The notes beneath the pieces are model-generated. The model searched no databases and was not told the DNA's origin. It saw only the letters and a list, made by a program, of their open reading frames with translations. A stretch of 64,000 nt of DNA from Candidatus Nomurabacteria bacterium GW2011_GWE2_34_25 (GTDB lineage: Bacteria; Patescibacteriota; Minisyncoccia; Phycocordibacterales; UBA9973): contig LBPS01000002.1 in NCBI GenBank assembly GCA_000990325.1, positions 9,562 through 73,561 of the forward strand, read 5' to 3'. Each line of letters begins with the position of its first letter. Positions within the stretch are counted from its first letter, which is position 1. Shown piece after piece: positions 8,578 through 18,206 of the stretch. The translations under genes and the position numbers were made by a program.

Positions 8578-9252
8578 CTAGTGTGCTACTGCAAAGCCGA
8601 CGACTTTTTTAGCACCATTTTTCTTTAGGACTTTCATCATTTCAAGCATTGTACCACCGGTCGTTGTGACGTCGTCTATTATGATTATTGTTTTTCCTTT
8701 CACTGAAGCTCCAACACTCAATTCGAATGCTCCTTTTATGTTTTGTAATCTTCTTGTTCTGTTAGTTAGTTTGGCTTGAGGTATGGTGTTTGATTTTTTT
8801 ACTATGGTTTTATTTTTTAATTGGAAAATACTTTTCTCTGCAGAGTAGCAGAAACTTCTAGCAATTATTTCTGATTGATTGTATCCTCTATTCTTTTTTT
8901 TATCATGAGATATTGGTACAGGTACAACTAAGATAGGGAAGCCTTGAGAGAAGATTTGCAAAGAGGAGACCTCTTCTATAAGTTCTTTATAAAGTAGCTG
9001 TCCAAACCTCTGGCCTATATATGGAGTTTTATGATATTTGAGTTTCCAGATAGACTCTTTGACAATAGGGTCCCTATAATCATAGAGAGAGATTACATTA
9101 CTCGCTGTTTCTCTTTCTGTTAAATGTAATTTATTTACACAATCATCACACAATACGATACCCCGGAGATGACAACTAAGACATTTAGAAGGAAATAATA
9201 TTTCTAAAAATAGATTAAACCCTTTTTTAATTATAAAAATAGCCTTTTCCAC
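8578..9252 (-). CDS. comF: ComF family competence protein (Zn ribbon + PRT domain)
   Basis: CxxC..CxxC, RGYNQS, IIIDDVTTTGGT. Confidence 0.92.
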   Translation of the reverse strand: MEKAIFIIKKGFNLFLEILFPSKCLSCHLRGIVLCDDCVNKLHLTERETASNVISLYDYRDPIVKESIWKLKYHKTPYIGQRFGQLLYKELIEEVSSLQIFSQGFPILVVPVPISHDKKKNRGYNQSEIIARSFCYSAEKSIFQLKNKTIVKKSNTIPQAKLTNRTRRLQNIKGAFELSVGASVKGKTIIIIDDVTTTGGTMLEMMKVLKKNGAKKVVGFAVAH

Positions 9253-9296
9253 TTCTTAATTTTACTATATATATGTTATACTAGGTAGTAATAATT

Positions 9297-10445
9297 ATGG
9301 ATAATTCACTTAAGAGTATAATATCATCTGGAATAGCTAGCTTTTCTGAAATTTTTTCTGGAGACAAATCTACTAAAAGTGTTTTAGGGGTGGATATTGG
9401 GTCTTCTGCTATAAAGGTTGTCCAACTAAAGAAAAAAAATGGCAAAGCTATTCTTGAGACATACGGAGCGATATCTCTTGGTCCCTATGGAAATACAGAT
9501 ATAGGGTCAGTCACCAATCTACAGGTTGATGACATTGTCCGTGCTTTAATGGACGTTATGAAAGAATCAAATGTGACTGTCTCATCTGGTGTTATGGCTA
9601 TCCCATCATCTTCAAGTTTAATTTTTACTATATCATTACCTGATAAAATTACAGAAGATAAATTTGCTAGTGTTATTCCTATAGAAGCTCGCAAATATAT
9701 TCCAGTACCTATATCTGAAGTTACACTTGATTGGTTTGTATTACCGAAAGATATTGAGTCGTCTGAAAATAATATAATGAACCAAAAAACTCCTCCCATT
9801 GCAGTTGATGTAAAAACAGAAGTTTTGGTTGTTGCTATTCATAATGATATCCTTTCTCGCTATCAAGAAATATTAAAAAAGACAGAACTAAAGTCTGAGT
9901 CATTTGAAATGGAAATTTTTAGTAATATCAGATCGTCTTTTTCTCATGATTTGGCGCCAGTATTACTTATGGATTTTGGAGCTTCAAAGACCAAGTTGTC
10001 TATTATAGAGGAAGGAGTTGTGCATGTTTTTCATGTTGTGAACAGAGGTGGCGCTGATATCACCAAAAATATTGCTTCTTCTCTCAGTATATCTTTTTCT
10101 GAAGCAGAAAAGCTCAAACGTGAAGTAGGACTAGATATGAATAGTAATCAAGAAGTAGCAGATATCATTCGTTTATCCACTGATTATATATTGTCAGACA
10201 CAAATAGTGTTGTGTTTGCTTATCAGAAGAAGTATAATAAAAATATCAGTAAGGTTATTTTGACAGGTGGAGGATCTATTACGAAAGGACTTATGGATAA
10301 AGTTGTAGCTAATTTTCGTACAGAAGTAGTTTTCAGTAACCCTTTTTCTAAAACGGAAGCCCCAGCATTTTTAGGTCCAATATTAGAAGTTAGTGGGCCA
10401 GAGTTTAGTGTCGCGGTTGGTTTGGCTTTGCGACAATTATTTTAA
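9297..10445 (+). CDS. pilM: Type IV pilus assembly protein PilM
   Basis: GVDIGSSAIKVVQL, MDFGASKT, ILTGGGS, AVGLALR. Confidence 0.93.
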   Translation: MDNSLKSIISSGIASFSEIFSGDKSTKSVLGVDIGSSAIKVVQLKKKNGKAILETYGAISLGPYGNTDIGSVTNLQVDDIVRALMDVMKESNVTVSSGVMAIPSSSSLIFTISLPDKITEDKFASVIPIEARKYIPVPISEVTLDWFVLPKDIESSENNIMNQKTPPIAVDVKTEVLVVAIHNDILSRYQEILKKTELKSESFEMEIFSNIRSSFSHDLAPVLLMDFGASKTKLSIIEEGVVHVFHVVNRGGADITKNIASSLSISFSEAEKLKREVGLDMNSNQEVADIIRLSTDYILSDTNSVVFAYQKKYNKNISKVILTGGGSITKGLMDKVVANFRTEVVFSNPFSKTEAPAFLGPILEVSGPEFSVAVGLALRQLF

Positions 10446-10447
10446 TT

Positions 10448-11125
10448 ATGGATAATTCATTTCAAACATCATTTATACCCAAAAAGCCTATTATTTCTAG
10501 TGGCTACAATGCTCCAAAGAACAAAACCCTTAGTATTTCTATGGTTGTATCTGTTTTTATTCTTATTGTAGTTTGTGGAGCAATGGGTGGACTTTTCGTT
10601 TACAAAGATTATCTTCAAAAAAATAAAGCTGAACTATCTGCTAATTTATTGAAAATAAAAGATAGTTTTAATAAAGATACAATAGCTCTACTTGAGATGT
10701 ATGACAAGAAATCCAGTGTAGCTACCCAGGTGCTAGATGGACATATGGTTCTCTCTCCTTTATTTGAAGCGATCAATGAATTTACTCTTTCTTCTATCCA
10801 GTATACTAAATTTGAATACAGTATTATAAACAATATAATATCTGTTAAAATGTCAGGGATAGCAAAAGATTACAAATCCATAGCTTTACAGGCAGATGTT
10901 TTTAGCTCTAACAAAGATAATACGTTTAAAGATCTAGTTTTTTCTAATTTAACTAAAGACAAGACTAATTTTGTTACATTTGATCTTGAGTTCAATACGG
11001 ATGTCAAACTCCTGTCTTATAAAGATAATATTATAACAAACATCAATAGTAATCCTGTCAGTGATTCTACTTCTGATACCGAAAATGTGATTGATACATT
11101 ACCAGAAACAAATCAAACTCAATAA
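10448..11125 (+). CDS. pilN: PilN-like protein
   Basis: N-terminal SFIPKK, one TM helix, position after pilM. Confidence 0.7.
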   Translation: MDNSFQTSFIPKKPIISSGYNAPKNKTLSISMVVSVFILIVVCGAMGGLFVYKDYLQKNKAELSANLLKIKDSFNKDTIALLEMYDKKSSVATQVLDGHMVLSPLFEAINEFTLSSIQYTKFEYSIINNIISVKMSGIAKDYKSIALQADVFSSNKDNTFKDLVFSNLTKDKTNFVTFDLEFNTDVKLLSYKDNIITNINSNPVSDSTSDTENVIDTLPETNQTQ

Positions 11126-11127
11126 TT

Positions 11128-11721
11128 ATGAAATTCATTTTTTCAATTTTATTTATATTAATATCAATCGCGGTTTTTATTTTTGGTGTTAACCCTTTTT
11201 ATAAGCAAGTTTCAATATTAAGAGATGATATTGTCGTTTACAATACAGCTCTCAGTAATTCTACCAATCTTCAGAAGACGGAAGATTCTTTAATAAAAAC
11301 ATACAATGGAATAAAACAATCAGACAAAGACAGGTTGGATAAGTTTTTACCAGACTCTGTAGATAATATCCAATTTATTTTAGAGATTGAACGTATCGCC
11401 AATCTGCATCATATGCCGATAAAAGATATTAAATTTGAACCTATCAGAAAGAGTAGTACCCTTGATGCTTCCACTAATACTATAGTATCTGCAGTTTCTA
11501 CTGACACCCGCCCTTTTGGAGTATTTGAAATTCAGTTTACAACAGAAGGAGATTATGATTCCTTCATTCTTTTCTTAAAAGACTTAGAATCAAACCTTCG
11601 ATTAGTAGATGTTAAGGCCATATCTTTCGTAGTTCCTATTAATAGTGGTAAAATAGCTAAAGGGGAAGACCCCAATATTTATAAGTATTCATTAAAGGTT
11701 GAAACTTATTGGTTAAAATAA
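11128..11721 (+). CDS. pilO: PilO-like protein
   Basis: N-terminal TM, FLP, GDYDSFILFLKDLESNLRLVDV. Confidence 0.8.
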   Translation: MKFIFSILFILISIAVFIFGVNPFYKQVSILRDDIVVYNTALSNSTNLQKTEDSLIKTYNGIKQSDKDRLDKFLPDSVDNIQFILEIERIANLHHMPIKDIKFEPIRKSSTLDASTNTIVSAVSTDTRPFGVFEIQFTTEGDYDSFILFLKDLESNLRLVDVKAISFVVPINSGKIAKGEDPNIYKYSLKVETYWLK

Positions 11722-11723
11722 TT

Positions 11724-12368
11724 ATGCATAAAAAGTACAGTAAATTTTTAATAGTATCTTTTGTTGGAGTATGTATACTTGGTGTTTACTCGTACTTTTA
11801 TAATGATTTAAAATCCGAAGCTGCTATAGATGAAGATAGCTCTCTTTCTTCATCTATAAATACAACAAATACGGCTTCTGTAGTTGCAGATTCAGGTACA
11901 AGAGCATCTGAAGATACAGCCTTCTTGATGAAGTTGGCTTCTCTCACAAGAATCAAGATCGACACATCCTTGTTTGCAAGCCAAGCCTTCAAATCTCTTG
12001 TAGATAATGATATCAAGTTAGAGCCAGCTCCATATGGACGTAAAAATCCATTTTCTCCAACAGAAAATTCTATCCTAGTAGATAAATTTGAACCCTCATT
12101 GAAAACTACTAATGCAAGTTCAATTACAAACAAATCTGCTGTTTTGAATGGATCGCTAGAAAATGCAACATCTAATAATATTTATTTTGAATATGGCACA
12201 ACTGAAACTTTAGGGAAGGTGACACCTAAAACTACCCCATCTTTAGTAGGTAGTTTTAGCTCAAATTTGAATTTACTTACACCAAAGACTACATATTATT
12301 ATCGTTCTGTAGCAAATATAAATGGTTTATTATCTTTTGGAGAAATAATGACATTTGACACAAATTAA
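11724..12368 (+). CDS. Pilus-associated membrane-anchored protein with C-terminal FN3-like domain (PilP position)
   Basis: TM, GRKNPFSP motif, FEYG...LTPKTTYYYR FN3-like motif. Confidence 0.65.
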   Translation: MHKKYSKFLIVSFVGVCILGVYSYFYNDLKSEAAIDEDSSLSSSINTTNTASVVADSGTRASEDTAFLMKLASLTRIKIDTSLFASQAFKSLVDNDIKLEPAPYGRKNPFSPTENSILVDKFEPSLKTTNASSITNKSAVLNGSLENATSNNIYFEYGTTETLGKVTPKTTPSLVGSFSSNLNLLTPKTTYYYRSVANINGLLSFGEIMTFDTN

Positions 12369-12369
12369 T

Positions 12370-14097
12370 ATGATGCTATTAGAAGAATTAGTAAAACGAG
12401 GCCTTGTTTTAGAGAACCAAGTTCCTGAAATAGTCAAAATTGCAGAAGATAAATATAGTGGTGATATAGAACAAGCGCTTCTTAGTTATAAAATTGATGA
12501 AGATATAATTCTCGAAATAAAAGGGGCTATTTTTAATGTCCCAACAAAGAAAGTAGATCCTGGGTTAATTACAACTTCTATTTTAAAAATAATTCCAAGT
12601 GAGACAGCTAAAACATATCATTTTGTCCCAATTGGCGTAGCGAACAATGTTCTGGAAATTGGAATAACTGACCCTGAAAATGTTCAAGCGATTGATGTTT
12701 TGACTTTTATTACAGCCAAGCTCGATAAGCCTTTTAAGTTGTTTTTAATCAGCAATTCTGTTTATTCCAAAATACTTGAAAAGTATGACATTCTTGGAAG
12801 TGAAGTCGGACAAGCTTTATCGGAGCTTGATCAAGAAATCGCTAATGCAGGAGAAGATAAACAAAAAGATAAAAAAGAACAAAAACCAGGTGAATTAAAA
12901 GAAGAAGAGAAAATAACTGAAGATGCCCCTATTATTAAAATAGTTGCGGTTATTTTAAGACACGCAGTGGAGGGAAATGCTTCAGATATTCATATAGAGC
13001 ATGTAGGGGATCGGATCAAAGTTCGTTTTCGCGTGGATGGGATACTTCATACCTCACTTTCTTTACCTATTAGTGTTTATAATGGAGTTATCGCTCGTAT
13101 CAAAATTCTATCCAAATTAAGACTTGATGAAAAACGTAAACCGCAAGACGGAGGATTCTCTGCTAAGATGGAAGGACGTAAAATTGATTTTCGCGTATCA
13201 ACGATGCCTGCTTATTACGGAGAAAAAGTTGTGATGCGTATACTTGACTCTCAAAAAGGAGTTAAGCCATTGGGCGACCTAGATATGTCTCCTGAGAATC
13301 TTGCTTTGGTTCGTGCAGCCTTGGAACGACCTTATGGATTAATATTGATGACTGGACCTACTGGTTCTGGTAAAACAACAACTCTATACTCTATGATCAA
13401 TGAGCTTGATCATGAAGAAGAAAATGTAGTTTCACTAGAAGATCCAGTGGAGTACCACATTGATGGTATTAATCAATCACAAGTAGCACCTGAGATAGGT
13501 TATACTTTTGCTTCAGGGTTACGTTCTATTTTAAGACAAGACCCAGATGTAATAATGGTGGGAGAGATCCGCGACAAAGAAACAGCCGAGCTTGCTATTC
13601 AAGCTGCTTTGACTGGGCACTTAGTTTTCTCTACACTCCACACCAATAGTGCTGTTGGTGCAATTCCTCGTCTCATAGATATGGGGATTGATCCTTACCT
13701 GATTGCCCCTACTTTAGTTCTTTGTATGGCGCAACGCCTAGCTCGTAAGATATATCCAGATTCTCAAAAACAAACTCCTATGGACGAAGCAACAAAAATA
13801 ATGATAGAGAAACATTTTGAAGATTTACCTAAAGAATTTAAATCAAAAATTAATATAGGTGATTTTGTTTATGAATCAACCCCTTCACCTGAATGCCCAT
13901 CTGGAATGCTTGGACGTGTTCCTGTTTATGAAATGTTTGAAATTGACAAAGAAATGCAACAGGTAATACTTAAAAAACCACAAGAACAAGATATATACAA
14001 GCTAGCTCGTTCGCGCGGAATGCTTACTATTCGAGAAGATGCCATAGTAAAGAGTATAAAAGGGCTCATTCCATTTAAAGAAGTGTATAATTTTTAG
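12370..14097 (+). CDS. pilB: Type IV pilus extension ATPase PilB/GspE
   Basis: ASDIHIE, GPTGSGKTTT, LRQDPDVIMVGEIRD, TGHLVFSTLHTN. Confidence 0.95.
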   Translation: MMLLEELVKRGLVLENQVPEIVKIAEDKYSGDIEQALLSYKIDEDIILEIKGAIFNVPTKKVDPGLITTSILKIIPSETAKTYHFVPIGVANNVLEIGITDPENVQAIDVLTFITAKLDKPFKLFLISNSVYSKILEKYDILGSEVGQALSELDQEIANAGEDKQKDKKEQKPGELKEEEKITEDAPIIKIVAVILRHAVEGNASDIHIEHVGDRIKVRFRVDGILHTSLSLPISVYNGVIARIKILSKLRLDEKRKPQDGGFSAKMEGRKIDFRVSTMPAYYGEKVVMRILDSQKGVKPLGDLDMSPENLALVRAALERPYGLILMTGPTGSGKTTTLYSMINELDHEEENVVSLEDPVEYHIDGINQSQVAPEIGYTFASGLRSILRQDPDVIMVGEIRDKETAELAIQAALTGHLVFSTLHTNSAVGAIPRLIDMGIDPYLIAPTLVLCMAQRLARKIYPDSQKQTPMDEATKIMIEKHFEDLPKEFKSKINIGDFVYESTPSPECPSGMLGRVPVYEMFEIDKEMQQVILKKPQEQDIYKLARSRGMLTIREDAIVKSIKGLIPFKEVYNF

Positions 14098-14132
14098 GAA
14101 TTTAATTATAATTGTATTATACTATAATAGAT

Positions 14133-14537
14133 ATGAAGTCAAATAAAAAAATTCTTATTATTGATGATGATAATTTCCTTTTGGACATGTACTCTTTAAA
14201 GTTCAGTAAATATGATTTTTCTGTTACTGCAGCCGCTGGTCCTGATGTAGCACTTGAAACTCTTCGTTCTGGGCTTCTACCAGATGTTATTCTGCTCGAT
14301 ATTGTTATGCCTGTCATGGACGGATTTGAATTAATGGAAAAAATGAAAGAAGAGAATTTGGCAACTGATGCTATCAAAATTGTGTTATCAAATAGAGGTC
14401 AACCTTCAGATATTGCTCGCGGGGAAGCATTGGGAGCATCTGGCTATATAGTAAAAGCTTCTAGTACCCCATCTGAAGTTATAGAAAAAGTTCAGAGTAT
14501 TATTAACGAGAAAAATAAAACAAAAAATGGATTATAA
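14133..14537 (+). CDS. Stand-alone response regulator receiver (CheY-like)
   Basis: ILIIDDD, ILLDIVMPVMDG, YIVK. Confidence 0.92.
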   Translation: MKSNKKILIIDDDNFLLDMYSLKFSKYDFSVTAAAGPDVALETLRSGLLPDVILLDIVMPVMDGFELMEKMKEENLATDAIKIVLSNRGQPSDIARGEALGASGYIVKASSTPSEVIEKVQSIINEKNKTKNGL

Positions 14538-15585
14538 TAAATTTTTAGATGAAGTATTAACAAGTTTGATTCATGAAGATGGGTCAGATTTGCACTTAGG
14601 TGCAGGAAGGAAGCCAGCTGTTCGTATAAATGGACAACTCGTTTTTCTCTCTGCCAAAGAAGTTTTAAAACAAGATGACATGATAGGTATTTTAAAAATT
14701 CTTCTTGGAGCAGAAAAAACAAAAAAATTCCTTGAAGACAAGGAAGTAGATTTTTCTTTTGCTTTTAAAAATACAACCCATTTAAGAGGTAATGCATTCT
14801 TTCAAAGAGGCAATATTTGCGTTGCAATTCGATTAGTTCCTAAGGCAAGAACTTTTGAAGAGTTAAATATTCCAGAAATTTTAAAAACTTTCGCAATGAA
14901 GAAGCAAGGATTCTTCCTAGTTGTGGGGCCTGTTGGACAAGGTAAATCTACTACTCTTTCCACAATGATTAATTATATAAATAAAGAAAGTACTACTCAT
15001 ATAATAACAATTGAAGATCCTATAGAATATGTTTATAAACAAGATAAATCTATTATAGATCAGCGTGAGATTGGGCTTGATACTAAAGATTTCCCTGAAG
15101 CACTTAAGTCCGTTTTCCGAGAAGACGTCAATGTTATTCTTATTGGAGAAATGCGTAGCAATGAAACTATGTCAGCCGCAGTTACTGCTGCTGAAACAGG
15201 TCACTTGGTATTTTCAACACTTCATACCAATAATGCGTCTCAGACTATTGATCGTATTATTGATTCATTCCCATCAAATCAACAGGAACAGATCAGACTA
15301 CAGTTAGCGGCAAGCTTACTCGGTATATTGTCTCAACGTCTGATACCTCGTATTACTGGTGGGCGTATTCCCGCTTTTGAGTTACTTATAAACAACAATG
15401 CTACTGCCAATCTTATCAGAGAGAAGAGAACTCATGAGATAAATACTGTAATAGAAACTTCTTCAGAGCAAGGAATGATAGATATGAATAGATATTTAGT
15501 AGAACTTGTAGCCAAAGGCGAGATAACACTCGAAAGTGCTTACCAATATTCATTTAATCCAAAAGCTCTTGAGCATATGATTTAA
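14527..15585 (+). CDS. pilT: Twitching motility retraction ATPase PilT
   Basis: GSDLHL, GPVGQGKST, IEDPIE, AAETGHLVFSTLHT. Confidence 0.95.
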   Translation: MDYNKFLDEVLTSLIHEDGSDLHLGAGRKPAVRINGQLVFLSAKEVLKQDDMIGILKILLGAEKTKKFLEDKEVDFSFAFKNTTHLRGNAFFQRGNICVAIRLVPKARTFEELNIPEILKTFAMKKQGFFLVVGPVGQGKSTTLSTMINYINKESTTHIITIEDPIEYVYKQDKSIIDQREIGLDTKDFPEALKSVFREDVNVILIGEMRSNETMSAAVTAAETGHLVFSTLHTNNASQTIDRIIDSFPSNQQEQIRLQLAASLLGILSQRLIPRITGGRIPAFELLINNNATANLIREKRTHEINTVIETSSEQGMIDMNRYLVELVAKGEITLESAYQYSFNPKALEHMI

Positions 15586-15590
15586 AATTT

Positions 15591-16796
15591 ATGTTATTTA
15601 AATATGAAACAATCACAAATACAGGAGATAAAAAGATAGGAACTATTGAAGCATCTTCAAAAGATTCCGCTATTTCCGCTCTTCAACGCAGGGGGTTTAT
15701 AGTTTCATCTATATTTGAAGAAGGGGCTAGTAGCAGCATGTTGCACCTATCTTTTTTAGAAAAAAGGGTAAAAATGAAGGACATAGTTATCATGTCACGA
15801 CAGATATCAACTCTTTTTGAAGCACAGGTATCTGCTTTGAAAGCTTTCAATCTTTTGGCTACAAACACTGGGAATCCTGCTTTAGTGAAAATACTAAATA
15901 CTATATCAACTGATATACAATCGGGAGTTTCTATTTCTGAGGCTTTATCTCGTCATCCTGACGCTTTTTCTATTTTTTATATAAACATGGTTAAGGCAGG
16001 AGAAGAATCAGGTAAGCTCACTCAGACATTTTCATATTTAGCGGATTATCTTGATCGTCAGTATCAACTCACTTCTAAAACTAAAAATGCCCTTATCTAT
16101 CCAGCATTTGTCATTGGAGTTTTCTTTATTGTCATGGTATTGATGTTTACATTTATAGTTCCTAAACTTGCTGAGATCATAAAGGACTCTGAACAAGCAA
16201 TTCCATTTTCAACAAAAATAGTTTTTGCCCTAAGTGCATTGATGGTAAATTATGGTTTATATTTAGCAATTGGAGCATGCCTATTGGGAGTATATTTATA
16301 CAAACTTAGTAATACAGGTTCTGGAAAGTTATATTTAGACAAATTAAAGTTGACTTTTCCTGTTATAAAAAATATATATGGTAAATTATACCTTTCTCGT
16401 ATAGCTGACAATATGGACACCATGCTTTCTTCGGGGATCAACATAGTTCGTGCTATTGAACTTACTTCTGTTGTTGTTGGTAATAGAGTTTTTGAAGATT
16501 TATTAAAAGATGCCGCCGAGAAAGTCAAAGGGGGAAGTTCTCTTTCAGATACCTTTTCTTCTTATCCAGAAATTCCACCTATCATGGCAGGGATGATTCA
16601 CGTTGGAGAAGAAACAGGGTCACTGGGGAGTATCTTGAAAACATTAGGTAAATTTTATGCTCGAGAGGTAAACGAAGCAGTTGATACAATGGTCAGTCTC
16701 ATTGAACCTATGATGATTGTTGCTCTAGGCTTAGGAGTAGGACTCCTCCTCACTTCAGTCTTGATGCCGATTTATAATATTGCAGGAGGAATATAA
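15591..16796 (+). CDS. pilC: Type IV pilus platform protein PilC/GspF
   Basis: GEESGKL, ALIYP, GEETGSL, LIEP motifs. Confidence 0.95.
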   Translation: MLFKYETITNTGDKKIGTIEASSKDSAISALQRRGFIVSSIFEEGASSSMLHLSFLEKRVKMKDIVIMSRQISTLFEAQVSALKAFNLLATNTGNPALVKILNTISTDIQSGVSISEALSRHPDAFSIFYINMVKAGEESGKLTQTFSYLADYLDRQYQLTSKTKNALIYPAFVIGVFFIVMVLMFTFIVPKLAEIIKDSEQAIPFSTKIVFALSALMVNYGLYLAIGACLLGVYLYKLSNTGSGKLYLDKLKLTFPVIKNIYGKLYLSRIADNMDTMLSSGINIVRAIELTSVVVGNRVFEDLLKDAAEKVKGGSSLSDTFSSYPEIPPIMAGMIHVGEETGSLGSILKTLGKFYAREVNEAVDTMVSLIEPMMIVALGLGVGLLLTSVLMPIYNIAGGI

Positions 16797-16811
16797 TAAT
16801 TACTGATTAAT

Positions 16812-16857
16812 CTGTGGACAAGTTTTCTGGAGATTATTACCGAAAACTTGTCCACAG
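16812..16857. repeat. 16-bp perfect inverted repeat upstream of the pilin promoter
   Basis: CTGTGGACAAGTTTTC-N14-GAAAACTTGTCCACAG. Confidence 0.7.
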
Positions 16858-16910
16858 GTGCCAAATCTTGTGCTTTTAATAATCTTATATGATATAATAT
16901 ATTTGTTATA

Positions 16911-17090
16911 AAATAAGGTCGCGTCTTTTGTAAAAAAGACAAATTATTATAAGTTTTAAATATTTTCCGCTAAAGCGGATCCGCATAAAAGCGGAAAATA
17001 AATTATGAAAAAAAATAAAGGTTTTACGCTTATTGAACTTCTAGTTGTTATTGCCATTATTGGTATTTTGGCTTCAGTCGTTCTCGCTTC
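16911..17090 (+). repeat. Direct repeat copy 1 (pilin leader plus N-terminal coding region)
   Basis: Near-identical to 17527-17706, offset 616. Confidence 0.92.
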
Positions 17091-17511
17091 ACTTACAAGT
17101 GCTAGAACAAAGGCTAAGGTTGCCGCTATGCAATCAACATTGTCTTCTATGAGAGCTCAGGCTGAAATAGGAATAACAAGTAACGGTAAGTATGTTGTAA
17201 ATGTTTGTAGTGCAGGAGCAACTCAGGGTGGCTTAGCAGCATTGATAGCTTCTCTAAATACTACAGCTTCTAAGGTAACAGGTATTAAATGTTCACAGGA
17301 CACTGCAGTTGGTGTAGCTCCACTTAAATGGGCAGTAGAAGCATCTATAGTATCAGGGGGTTCCACTATCTTCTATTGTGCTGATAGTACCGGATATTCA
17401 GGTCTTTCAGGAGGAACTGGTGCCGCTACAGCAATAACAGGTACCGCACAGACACCAGTCGCTACAATTGCTCCAGGATATTCTGCTGCTGATACGGTTT
17501 GTTCATCATAG
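17005..17511 (+). CDS. Type IV major pilin 1
   Basis: MKKNKG|FTLIELLVVIAIIGILASVV prepilin motif, four Cys. Confidence 0.95.
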   Translation: MKKNKGFTLIELLVVIAIIGILASVVLASLTSARTKAKVAAMQSTLSSMRAQAEIGITSNGKYVVNVCSAGATQGGLAALIASLNTTASKVTGIKCSQDTAVGVAPLKWAVEASIVSGGSTIFYCADSTGYSGLSGGTGAATAITGTAQTPVATIAPGYSAADTVCSS

Positions 17512-17526
17512 TAGTTTTTATTATTA

Positions 17527-17706
17527 AAATAAGGTCGCGTCTTTTGTAAAAAAGACAAATTATTATAAGTTTATTATATTTTCCGCTAAAGCGGATCCGC
17601 ATAAAAGCGGAAAATAAATTATGAAAAAAAATAAAGGTTTTACGCTTATTGAACTCTTAGTTGTTATCGCCATTATTGGTATCTTAGCTTCAGTCGTTCT
17701 TGCTTC
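17527..17706 (+). repeat. Direct repeat copy 2 (pilin leader plus N-terminal coding region)
   Basis: Near-identical to 16911-17090. Confidence 0.92.
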
Positions 17707-18100
17707 TCTTTCTTCAGCTCGTGATAAAGGGAAAGATGCAGCTGTGAAGTCCCAGCTTGCTGCTATGAAAGCTCAAGCAGAACTTTATTATTCTACAGCT
17801 GAAAGTTATTCAGGTATTTGTGCTGCAACTCAAGCAACTAATGGATTTGGTGATACTACTGGTCCAGGATTACTTAAGGCTGCCTCAGATTCTTCTGGTA
17901 TATCAAATACCATTTCTGTAACTTTGGCTACCGCTGGTTTATACAACCAAACATTGTGTCATGATTCAGCTGATGCTTGGGCAGTAGAAGCACCTCTGTC
18001 TACTAGTGTTTCAGGTACACCTAAGATGTATTGTTCAGATAGTACAGGTGTTTCCAAAGAGAAATCTGCTGTTCTTGCAGCAAGTGCTGTCGCTTGTTAA
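17621..18100 (+). CDS. Type IV major pilin 2
   Basis: Same prepilin N-terminus as pilin 1, divergent globular domain. Confidence 0.95.
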   Translation: MKKNKGFTLIELLVVIAIIGILASVVLASLSSARDKGKDAAVKSQLAAMKAQAELYYSTAESYSGICAATQATNGFGDTTGPGLLKAASDSSGISNTISVTLATAGLYNQTLCHDSADAWAVEAPLSTSVSGTPKMYCSDSTGVSKEKSAVLAASAVAC

Positions 18101-18117
18101 TAAACTATTACAGTTTC

Positions 18118-18150
18118 AAAAAACCAATCCGCATACCGGATTGGTTTTTT
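18118..18150 (+). terminator. Rho-independent terminator after the pilins
   Basis: AAAAAACCAATCCG-CATAC-CGGATTGGTTTTTT. Confidence 0.8.
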
Positions 18151-18206
18151 GTTGGTATAGGTGTTTACCTATACCAAAATTTACTGGGGGGTGTTATACT
18201 ATATGT

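Noticed and set aside
16812-16857. Replication origin
   Set aside because: Only two imperfect DnaA-like boxes, with no dnaA/dnaN context or box cluster.
17005-18100. Diversity-generating retroelement or shufflon acting on the pilins
   Set aside because: No reverse transcriptase or recombinase in the window, and the repeat covers the constant region without adenine-specific differences.
18006-18206. Long N-terminal extension of PilD, and similar extensions at 43618, 36819 and 2643
   Set aside because: They span a terminator or the upstream gene; downstream ATGs with adjacent -10 boxes or gene overlaps fit the family starts better.
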